From an uncultured Acidobacteriota bacterium (GTDB lineage Bacteria > Acidobacteriota > Terriglobia > UBA7540): 64,000 nt of DNA. The position numbers and the translations under genes are program-made. This document shows, one piece after another, positions 1 through 7,485 of the stretch; positions within the stretch are counted from its first letter, which is position 1; each line of letters begins with the position of its first letter. Location of the stretch: the NCBI GenBank assembly GCA_963804995.1, contig CAWDSK010000005.1, forward strand, positions 736,001-800,000, given 5' to 3'. Below the pieces are notes generated by a model. It was given only the letters and a program-made list of their open reading frames with translations. It ran no database searches and was not told the origin of the DNA.

Positions 1-159
1 GAGGCTTTGATGGATAGTCAAATGATCCCCTCACAAGAGGATCTGCGGAAGATTATGGAGTACGAGGCTGCGCTTGAAAGGCAGTTTGAAAGAAAGCTGC
101 AACAGCTGGTGGCGTGGCGACGGTCTAAGGGAGAGGTTAGTGCGACCGATGTGCCATAA
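1..159 (+). CDS. 3' end of a hypothetical protein running off the window (…EDLRKIMEYEAALERQFERKLQQLVAWRRSKGEVSATDVP*)
   Basis: Open frame from position 1 to TAA at 157-159 with helical, protein-like composition; not in the ORF track. Confidence 0.6.
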   Translation, partial: EALMDSQMIPSQEDLRKIMEYEAALERQFERKLQQLVAWRRSKGEVSATDVP

Positions 160-484
160 AAGATAGACAATTTGTGATATATTACATAATGTAATAATAC
201 TGCAGTTGTATACATACGAACGGCAAGAAGTCCGAAAACGAAGCCGTTATCCCTATGAAAACAAATGGCGCGCGAAATTGGTTTTGCCAAGTCCGCGCCG
301 AGTTGAAGTTGAACCGGCCCTCAGACAAGCGGCTGGTCAATTGACACTTTCTCTATCCGCCGTCTTTCCATCAGTGAAGGGGTCTTCTCGTGATCATGCT
401 ATAAATTGACGAGCCAGAAAAATATTCAATTGGTAATCTGTCATGCCCAGGTATGGGTTACGCTTCGTACCATGGCTTGGCAGA

Positions 485-503
485 ACCACATTTGTGGTAT
501 TAT
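485..503 (+). promoter_or_regulatory. Palindromic operator ACCACA-tt-TGTGGT overlapping an extended -10 (TGgTATTAT) of the MNT-HEPN operon
   Basis: Perfect 6-bp inverted repeat at 485-498; TATTAT at 498-503 lies 8 nt before ATG 512; no Shine-Dalgarno. Confidence 0.5.
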
Positions 504-511
504 TTTACCAT

Positions 512-1090
512 ATGCTTGACTTGCGTTCCAAGGGGCGGCAGCGGCTCCTAGCCTATTACTTCACCAATCCCGGGGCCCGGTGCCATCTGCGGGACTTGGC
601 GGAGCGCCTGAGCATTGATCCCTCCAACCTATCCCGAGAGCTGCGACGTTTGGAGCGTGAGGGACTTTTCCGGTCGGAAGTAAGCGGCCGGCAGAAGTAT
701 TTTCAGCTCAACCGGGAGTATCCCTTATTCCGCGAGGTCCGTGGCATCGTTGCCAAAACAATCGGTGCGGCGCCTCTGATTGCAAATTCCGTCAGAGCCC
801 TTGCGGACATCGAGGAAGCCTATCTCTACGGGTCGTTCGCGCGAAACCAACAGGATGCTGCAAGTGACATCGATTTGCTCGTGATCGGCGCGCCGCGTGG
901 CGAAGTTCTGGCGGAAGCCATGCGGAAGCTGGAGCGGCAACTGGGGCGGGAAATCAATTATACGGTTATATCGCGCAATGAATTCCGGTCGCGCCGCGCC
1001 CGGAAAGATGCTTTCCTGGAAAGTGTCTGGAGGCATAAGCGCGTTTCGCTCGTCGCTCAACATGAAGAAGCTGAAGCCGCACACAATTGA
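512..1090 (+). CDS. ArsR-like HTH + minimal nucleotidyltransferase (MNT) antitoxin
   Basis: N-terminal wHTH (LRDLAERLSIDPSNLSRELRRLE) and GSFARNQQDAASDIDLLV (GS…DxD) motif; start moved to ATG 512. Confidence 0.85.
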   Translation: MLDLRSKGRQRLLAYYFTNPGARCHLRDLAERLSIDPSNLSRELRRLEREGLFRSEVSGRQKYFQLNREYPLFREVRGIVAKTIGAAPLIANSVRALADIEEAYLYGSFARNQQDAASDIDLLVIGAPRGEVLAEAMRKLERQLGREINYTVISRNEFRSRRARKDAFLESVWRHKRVSLVAQHEEAEAAHN

Positions 1091-1475
1091 CTGGGCGCAA
1101 ATCGAGCGCTTCCTCGCGAGCGCCGACAAGAAGTTGGCCTTGGCGCATAAAATCCTCGCGTTTGATGAGGAGGCATGCCTGCAACAAGCCTACGAAGCGA
1201 TGCTCCGGGCTTCCTTAGGGTTTATGTTCAGCCACGGCTTCCGGGCCAGGAGCCAACCCGGCCATCACATCGCCATCATCGAGTTCGTGCGGGGGCGAAT
1301 TGATCCCAAACACGCCGGTTGGCTCACCGTCTTAGACCGTCTCCGCCGAAAACGGAATATGGCTCTCTATGACGACGCAGGATTCGTCTCCCATCACGAA
1401 GCAGTGGAGGCCCTCGCCTCCGCCCTCCACTTCATAGAGGTCATCCGCACTAACGTCGCTGCAAGAAAACCTTGA
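1062..1475 (+). CDS. HEPN-domain protein, partner of the MNT
   Basis: Overlaps the MNT 3' end; AYEAML…GHH…LRRKRNMALYD pattern typical of HEPN; start ATG 1062 (MKKLKPH). Confidence 0.8.
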   Translation: MKKLKPHTIDWAQIERFLASADKKLALAHKILAFDEEACLQQAYEAMLRASLGFMFSHGFRARSQPGHHIAIIEFVRGRIDPKHAGWLTVLDRLRRKRNMALYDDAGFVSHHEAVEALASALHFIEVIRTNVAARKP

Positions 1476-1577
1476 TTCATTCTTAGTTTCGAAATTCCCG
1501 GAAAGCTCGCGAACTCACTTTACCCGGGTTGATTTCGAGGCTCATAAAGAGCAAAGAGGTTAAAGCCCGCGTAAAAG

Positions 1578-1802
1578 ATGATAGGGCGGGTCTTGGAGCG
1601 AGACGGATGGCGATGTCAGAGGTGCGGCTCGCTGGAGAAACTCCAGGTCCATCACAAGACCAAGAGAAGCCAATTGGGCAACGACTCCCTCGATAACCTC
1701 GTCACCCTGTGTGCCTACTGCCACATGGAAGAGCATGGGCAGCTTTACTATACGGGACCAGCGGTCAGAGTGTGTAACAAGCCCAAGCCACGAAGGAGGT
1801 GA
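1578..1802 (+). CDS. HNH endonuclease, 5'-truncated (repeat copy A)
   Basis: RDGWRCQRCG…VHH…DNLVTLCAYCH; lacks the N-terminal part seen in copies B, C and E. Confidence 0.8.
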   Translation: MIGRVLERDGWRCQRCGSLEKLQVHHKTKRSQLGNDSLDNLVTLCAYCHMEEHGQLYYTGPAVRVCNKPKPRRR

Positions 1803-1895
1803 GGACCCGGCCGGCAGTAATTTCTGGAGTCAACAGTCCGTGGTCCTTAGCAAGTAGCGAGAGACGAGCTCCAGAGGTTGAGCGGAATGAATTCC

Positions 1896-2327
1896 TTACT
1901 TCGCCGCTCGCAAAGGATTAACGACCTTCATACCGTCAAAGTCCTTTTCGTTGGCGGTGACCACGATGCAATCATTCGCTTTGGCCACGGCGGCGACGAT
2001 CATGTCGAGCGCGCTCCGCGGCGTGCCCCTCGCCCTCCCCTCGGCCATCAGCCGCGCCCAGAGGAGACCTGCTTTCTCGTCAAACGGAAGCACGCGACCG
2101 GCGAACAGTGCGAGCGGCCCTTCGGGGCCCGCGAACCATCTCTCCAACTGCCTTCGCTTCTTTCCGGCGGGCCTTTCCAGCACCCCCCGCCAGATCTCGG
2201 CGACGGTCAGGGAGGAAATGAACAGCTCCTGGTCAGCTTGTTCAGACATCCAGGTGATCAGAGATTGCGACGGCACGGGCTTGGTGGCATCGCTGATAAC
2301 ATTAGTGTCGAGGAGATAGCGAGTCAC
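1896..2327 (-). CDS. vapC: PIN-domain toxin VapC
   Basis: YLLDTNVISD…EI…DMIVAAVA…VTANEKDF PIN motif. Confidence 0.92.
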   Translation of the reverse strand: MTRYLLDTNVISDATKPVPSQSLITWMSEQADQELFISSLTVAEIWRGVLERPAGKKRRQLERWFAGPEGPLALFAGRVLPFDEKAGLLWARLMAEGRARGTPRSALDMIVAAVAKANDCIVVTANEKDFDGMKVVNPLRAAK

Positions 2328-2626
2328 AGATCAACCTTACGGCCGCCCGTGACCGAACGGCTGAAGTGGAGATTGGCACCCACCAAAGGCGACCGGCGCA
2401 AGGCCGTAAGGATGCCTCCCTTTTTCGGTGTTTCGCCGGAGATACTCCGGCGGACCGCGTCACGAACCCGCGTAGAGTCCGGCCCTTGCTCCGCGAGCCG
2501 CTTGGCCAGAGAACGAATCAGGTGACGATCCGTCTTGAGCCCCAGCACCTCGAAACGAGCCATGCCTCGGTGGTTGAGGCGTTGGCGGTAGTTCCTCAAC
2601 GCTCGTTTTTGTGATGTGTCGCTCAT
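2324..2626 (-). CDS. Putative antitoxin coupled to vapC
   Basis: 100-aa basic ORF (MSDTSQKRALRNYRQRL) overlapping the vapC start by 4 nt. Confidence 0.75.
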   Translation of the reverse strand: MSDTSQKRALRNYRQRLNHRGMARFEVLGLKTDRHLIRSLAKRLAEQGPDSTRVRDAVRRSISGETPKKGGILTALRRSPLVGANLHFSRSVTGGRKVDL

Positions 2627-2678
2627 CGCGTGCTCCGATATCCAGTAATATAACCATAAAATCCCCGAAGGGCAAGTC

Positions 2679-3041
2679 ATGTTCATAGCAGACCGTCCGG
2701 GATCCACGAAGCAGCAGTTGCAGGGAGCGGTGCACAAGTACTTCACAGGGGAGGAGTACGAGCCCCACCAGATGGTTTACTTCAAGCTGTTTGAGAGTCA
2801 GTTGCCGGTGGTGGAAAGGGCGCTGTACGTGGCCTTGCGGATGGTGGGGACGGAGCGCTCGCGGGGGTATTGCCTGGAACTAGTATGCGCGGATTTTCTG
2901 GCGGGGAGGGGGGAGGAGTCCTCACCTGACGAAATCTTGATGGTGATCCACCGCTTCGTGCATCTGCTGTCGCGGGAGTATCAGGCGCGTCTAGCTTGCC
3001 AGGGCGAGGGCAGGGAATTGGAGACAGCCGGAAGATGCTGA
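2679..3041 (+). pseudogene. 3' part of conserved unknown ORF X (repeat copy B)
   Basis: …YFKLFESQLPVVERALYVA…ERSRGYCLELVCADFLAG…; near-identical segments at 3969-4218 and 14080-14266; no clear RBS or start. Confidence 0.7.
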
Positions 3042-3203
3042 AGGAATTGAAGCGGATCAAGCCGGAGAGCAGATTTACCGGTGCTTGATGAAGCAGGTTT
3101 TCGAGAGCGACGAATGGCGGTGTCAGAAGTGTGGGTCAGTAGAGTACCTGCAGGTGCACCACAAGATCAAAAGGAGCCAGTTGGGCAACGACTCCATCGA
3201 TAA
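3035..3203 (+). pseudogene. HNH endonuclease, frameshifted and 3'-truncated (copy B)
   Basis: 1-nt deletion near 3063 relative to copy C; homology stops after aacgactccatcgataa, before the second CxxC. Confidence 0.75.
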
Positions 3204-3205
3204 AT

Positions 3206-3400
3206 TCAGAACTGCTTGGGGATGCCAGCCTGCTTCAGGACTGCGTTGGCGGTATGGCGGGATAGAATCTTGTGGTCTACCGGGAATTATCGCTGAGTAG
3301 TCGGGCTGTACCAAATCTCGTGATCGCCACGTCCTGGACGCTCATAATAACATCCGTGGGCGCGAAGGATTTCCTTCAGTTTCGGCGTGTAGCTCGCCAT
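3206..3400 (-). pseudogene. hicA: HicA-family toxin with an in-frame TAA at codon 38
   Basis: Manual translation MASYTPKLKEILRAHGCYYERPGRGDHEIWYSPTTQR*FPVDHKILSRHTANAVLKQAGIPKQF*; G-D-H HicA motif; TGATG-coupled to the upstream antitoxin; TAA at 3287-3289. Confidence 0.85.
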
Positions 3401-3645
3401 CAGGACTCGACGGACACCAAAGCAGTTTCTTCACTATGGGCGCGAACCAGAACGTTGACTACCTTTTGCCCCGGTTCCAGCCCGCCGTTTAGCTCAAAAA
3501 GCTCCGGCACTAAAACGCGAACCTTCTCAATCAAGGCATTCATTGACTCGGCTTCTGCCACCAAGCCTGGAATGTCTTCACTCTCCGCGACCCAAACCCC
3601 TGCCTCGGAATCCCAGTGCGCCTCGACTTGATAGGTTCGACTCAT
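3400..3645 (-). CDS. hicB: DUF1902/HicB-like antitoxin
   Basis: WDSEAGVWVAESEDIPGLVAEAES…VPELFELN signature. Confidence 0.85.
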   Translation of the reverse strand: MSRTYQVEAHWDSEAGVWVAESEDIPGLVAEAESMNALIEKVRVLVPELFELNGGLEPGQKVVNVLVRAHSEETALVSVES

Positions 3646-3968
3646 TGCCGGCCACTCCCTACTATATAGAAGACTACCATCTGCTACGGCGTATTACAAC
3701 CGCTCGCGTTCCGCGTCGCGCGAGCCTGGTGTCTTGTAGTCGATTGCTTGCTGCGCATCCCTGGCCATTTCTTCACGAGAATCCCGGAAGGACATGTGTC
3801 ACCAACCGCGCGCATAGCCGGCTGATCAGCCTCTTTGCTTGCACCTTCCAGACTTCTCGCACAACATCCTAACCGCGCACCAAAGCTCGCCCGCTCGTCG
3901 GAATGGAAAGTCCCGGCGGGAGGGCGGGGCGGGAGCCGATCCGCCATTCCCAGGTGGGAAACTCGACA

Positions 3969-4218
3969 CGAGAGCCAGATGCCGATGGTGGAAAGGGCTC
4001 TGTACGTGGCCTCGCGGATGATGGGGACGGAGCGCTCGCGCGGTTATTGTCTGGAACTGGTGTGCGCAGATTTTCTGGCGGGGAGGGGTGAGGAGTCGAC
4101 GCCAGAGGAGATCTTGATGGTGATCCACCGCCTCATGGATCTCCTGCCGCGGGAGTACCAGGCGCGTCTTGCCGGACAAACCAGGGGCAGGGAACTGGAG
4201 ACAGCCGGAAGACGCTGA
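3969..4218 (+). pseudogene. 3' fragment of ORF X (repeat copy C)
   Basis: Homology to copy B begins abruptly at gagagccag (ESQMPMVERALY…). Confidence 0.75.
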
Positions 4219-4223
4219 AGAAA

Positions 4224-4505
4224 GTGGAGCGGATCAAGCTTGGAAGGCAGGTTTACCGGCGGTTGATGAAGCAGGTGCTGGAGCGAGACGGGTGGCGATG
4301 TCAGAAGTGCGGCTCGGTCGAGAATCTTCAGGTTCACCACAAGATCAAGCGGAGCAAGTTGGGCAACGATTCCCTCAATAACCTTGTGACCCTCTGCGCC
4401 CACTGCCACATGGCTGAGCATGGGCAGCTGAGCTACACCATTCCAGCCGCCAGAATCTGCAGCAAGCCTAAACCACGTACAAAGTGCCAATCCCACCCGC
4501 AATGA
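4224..4505 (+). CDS. HNH endonuclease, the most intact copy (copy C)
   Basis: Both CxxC pairs and HH…N present; the ATG seen in copies B and E is ACG here (4213), so GTG 4224 is the probable start. Confidence 0.85.
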   Translation: MERIKLGRQVYRRLMKQVLERDGWRCQKCGSVENLQVHHKIKRSKLGNDSLNNLVTLCAHCHMAEHGQLSYTIPAARICSKPKPRTKCQSHPQ

Positions 4506-4564
4506 TTTGGTAACAATTTGGAGTTGACAAACGCTATATGGTGTCCGGTAGCGTTCTAGGTATG
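4503..4564 (+). promoter_or_regulatory. Conserved promoter-like segment after HNH (TTGACA at 4524-4529)
   Basis: Homologous segment at 15721-15781 (TTGACA 15742-15747). Confidence 0.5.
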
Positions 4565-4694
4565 AGTAGATGTATGTGCGTATTCTCGCCGGACGAAATC
4601 AAATCCAAAAAATCCCAATCGAGGTTTTTATCGCCGGACCCGTGTTGCCCACTGCCATTTCTACATGGGTTTCGAGTTAGGAGGAGTGAAAACC

Positions 4695-5177
4695 GTGAAA
4701 AATAGTAGGGATCGCACTTGCCAGAAAACCAAGGCGGACGGTAGTCGCTGCAAAGTTAGGGTAATCAATGGATCGAGTTTTTGCTACTTTCATGATCCGG
4801 CGAAAGCGCACGAGCGACAGGCGGCGCAGCGGGCGGGCGGAATAGCCCGCAGCCGCCAAGCTGCGGTTCTGCCTCTTGAAACGCCAGATTGGCAGGTTCG
4901 CAAGATTTCCGATGTCGTGGAGATTCTGGGACAAACGCTGAACCAAGTCCGCCGGGGCCAAATTGACCCAAGGGTGGCCAATTCCGTTGCGTACATTTCT
5001 GGAGTTCTGCTCAAGGCGATGGAGAGAGGACCCATGGAAGAGCGGATCACCACTCTTGAGGGGATTCTCAAGCAGCCGCCCTCACAAAGGGTGCCTTTCT
5101 TAGGTCCTTCCGCGCCGGACCGAACCTTCAGTTTCGAAACCCGAAGTACGGAGGATAACGATGGCAAAAAACAGTGA
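4695..5177 (+). CDS. Hypothetical protein with N-terminal C-x3-K-x2-G-x2-C…FC-x2-H zinc-finger (DUF5763-like)
   Basis: CQKTKADGSRC…FCYFHDP; AGGAGG RBS before GTG 4695; C-terminal MEERITTLE coiled coil. Confidence 0.65.
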   Translation: MKNSRDRTCQKTKADGSRCKVRVINGSSFCYFHDPAKAHERQAAQRAGGIARSRQAAVLPLETPDWQVRKISDVVEILGQTLNQVRRGQIDPRVANSVAYISGVLLKAMERGPMEERITTLEGILKQPPSQRVPFLGPSAPDRTFSFETRSTEDNDGKKQ

Positions 5178-6159
5178 CATGAGATTGAAAAGGCTAGAAA
5201 TGGCCATGACACCCAGCCAAGAGGCGATTGCCTATGTGCTGAGCTTATTGGAGCGATTCAATTCGGCGCTTGAGTGCTCAATCTGGTGCCTCGAGGATCC
5301 GGCTGGCGCGTCCGCTAATGACGAGCTAATTGAAAAAGTCCAACACAATGTCCTCAGGGCACTGAAGGATCAACGCCCCGATGAGAATGAGATCAATAAA
5401 GCAGTGATCGAAGCCTATTGGGACGTGGCGTGGCGGCTCAAGATGCTTGTCACAATCAACGAAAGTGTTGAGGGAAAAGTCAAGGATACCCTTCCGCTCT
5501 ATTTTTGGCTCCTCGGCCGGATGCAGTATAAGATTCGCGCTAGCTTTGGCGAAGAACTCCTTCATCGTTGGCTCATTTTGCCCAAGGGAGTTCCCGGTCG
5601 GATTTCCGCTAAAAGTGTGCCCTTTAGTATTAACAAAGAAGTGAGGTTAGGTAGCGGACAACAACACGAGGAGTGGAAGCAGGAAGTACGGAGGCTGCTG
5701 AAAACTCTTTATGCCCTTAGAATCGCTCACGATCAAATGGTGACAGAAGGTTTCGAGGGCCACCCCATTTTGTGGAAGGACACGGGTGAAGCTCTCGCTG
5801 ACCGGACTAGGGATGCGGAGAAACTGCTCGGAACATATACCAACGCGGTCACTATCCAGAGGGAATGCCTCAAAAAGGACGTGCCGTTCAACCTAGAGAT
5901 TTGGGCCATGGACAGCAAGTGGCTAGGCCATGTACGTCGGGAAGTTCAAATAAACCTAGACGAAATCAGGCAGGAAGCCAGATCGGTAGCATCGGAATAC
6001 GTTGCGCATTGGGCTGACATCGCAGGTGCTCAGGTTTTGGCGAGCAATGGTGACCCGAGTGGCGTCATACGTCTTATGAAGCGGAGCGCTGAAACTACGA
6101 AGGCCAGAGATCTAAAGTCAGGAAACCCGGACCTAGGCGGCTGCGATCGAAGTAAATAA
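5161..6159 (+). CDS. Hypothetical helical protein coupled to the upstream gene
   Basis: 332-aa ORF with GGAGG RBS overlapping the previous stop; no recognised motif. Confidence 0.65.
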   Translation: MAKNSDMRLKRLEMAMTPSQEAIAYVLSLLERFNSALECSIWCLEDPAGASANDELIEKVQHNVLRALKDQRPDENEINKAVIEAYWDVAWRLKMLVTINESVEGKVKDTLPLYFWLLGRMQYKIRASFGEELLHRWLILPKGVPGRISAKSVPFSINKEVRLGSGQQHEEWKQEVRRLLKTLYALRIAHDQMVTEGFEGHPILWKDTGEALADRTRDAEKLLGTYTNAVTIQRECLKKDVPFNLEIWAMDSKWLGHVRREVQINLDEIRQEARSVASEYVAHWADIAGAQVLASNGDPSGVIRLMKRSAETTKARDLKSGNPDLGGCDRSK

Positions 6160-6365
6160 AGCCATGCAGGACCCGCTGGTTAATCGCGAAATTGGTTAAG
6201 GTTAGACAATGTAAATAGGCTATCCAATGATGTTGAAACAGCCAGAGGCCTTCGGGGGCCGACGGGAGCTCGGCGGGACGGACGGAATGCATTTGCGAGA
6301 CAGTCTACTTCGGGGCACCAGGATGAGGAGTGCTAACGCTTTGAATAATAGATGGATCCGAGGCA

Positions 6366-6405
6366 AGAGATTACCTAGCAAGACCCCCAGGGGGTGGTAA
6401 TCTCT
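6366..6405. repeat. 10-bp inverted repeat AGAGATTACC-N20-GGTAATCTCT with an inner CCCCC-A-GGGGG hairpin
   Basis: Read directly from the sequence. Confidence 0.7.
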
Positions 6406-6472
6406 CCGCCAGTATCAATCAATTCAGACCCATTTGATTCGTGAAGGAGGACCCAAAGAGAGACTACCCAAA

Positions 6473-6627
6473 TCCACCACAAGATAAAGAGGAGCCATCT
6501 GGGCAACGATTCCCTAGATAATCTTGTCACCCTATGTGCTTACTGCCACATGGAAGAGCACGGGCAGTTGAGTTACACCATCCCAGCCGCCAGAGTGTGC
6601 AGCAAGCCCACGCCACGAAAAAAGTGA
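6473..6627 (+). pseudogene. HNH 3' fragment (repeat copy D)
   Basis: HHKIKRSHLGNDSLDNLVTLCAYCHMEEHGQLSYTIPAARVCSKPTPRKK*; the following ~50 bp matches the flank of copy A. Confidence 0.8.
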
Positions 6628-6675
6628 AGATCCTGCCTGCCGGAATCTCCGGAGTTGAAGATCTGCGGTCACTGG

Positions 6676-7485
6676 TCAATGGGGGCAGACAATCTCTTGG
6701 GGTCTTTGCAGTAGGCCTGGCCTGTAACTATACTGCCATAAGACCAGAGACCAATCCGCTCCTTCTGCTGCAACGGCCGCAACGTACCCAGCGCCTGGGG
6801 CCAGGGCGCAAAGAGACCATTGGCCGGCTTCGGTGTTGTCATTGTTGTTGATGGGCAGGTTGGTTAGTTGGCCTGGAGCGAGCGAAACTGCGAAGCTGGC
6901 AAGATCGATGCTGAGGCCTTCGCCCCGGGCTTTGATGTACGCTTCCTTGCGTGTCCAGCACTGAAAGAACGCTTCGGTTTGAGCAATCTTCGGAAGCTCG
7001 CGGAGCGCAGTGACCTCCTGGGCTGAAAAGAAGCGCTCCGCCACACGGTCGCTGTTCGGGAATGGATGGACACGCTCCAGATCAACGCCCACTTCGCGGC
7101 GCCAAGCGAACGCGAAGAGCGCAAGCCCGTGAGAATGAGAAAGGTTGAAGCGTAAGTACTCGGTTCCACTGCCGGGGACCAAGGCCGGTTTGCCGTGGGC
7201 ACCACCGCAAAATCGCAAATCACCAGGACTAGTCCGCAGATACCGAGCCAACAAAGCACGAAGGGTCCCTCGCGCGGCAATGTAACGGGCAGCGTCCGTG
7301 GGGGAGTAGAATTTCTCCGCCCTTGCCTGCTCGTCTGCTGATAGCGTCTCACGCATCTGCAGGACCGCAGTTGAACCAACATCGAGATCAGCGCGCCACA
7401 CATGCACTTCGTCATCGCGCAACGTGGCCGGCTCAAGCACAGCCTGCCATAAGGACACGGTATGTTCCATCGTTCGATTCGTCAT
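6676..7485 (-). CDS. sfp: Sfp-type 4'-phosphopantetheinyl transferase
   Basis: GKP, FNLSHS, VGVDLE and WTRKEAYIKARGEG motifs. Confidence 0.93.
   Translation of the reverse strand: MTNRTMEHTVSLWQAVLEPATLRDDEVHVWRADLDVGSTAVLQMRETLSADEQARAEKFYSPTDAARYIAARGTLRALLARYLRTSPGDLRFCGGAHGKPALVPGSGTEYLRFNLSHSHGLALFAFAWRREVGVDLERVHPFPNSDRVAERFFSAQEVTALRELPKIAQTEAFFQCWTRKEAYIKARGEGLSIDLASFAVSLAPGQLTNLPINNNDNTEAGQWSLCALAPGAGYVAAVAAEGADWSLVLWQYSYRPGLLQRPQEIVCPH

Noticed and set aside
175..205. dif-like site (…cataatgta…) inside the palindrome tattacataatgtaata
   Set aside because: No XerD arm (ttatgttaaat); at most an unassigned operator.
6303..6321. Possible tRNA 3'-end attachment site (agtctacttcggggcacca)
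   Set aside because: No T-loop (TTCGA) and no second copy in the window; too short to support.
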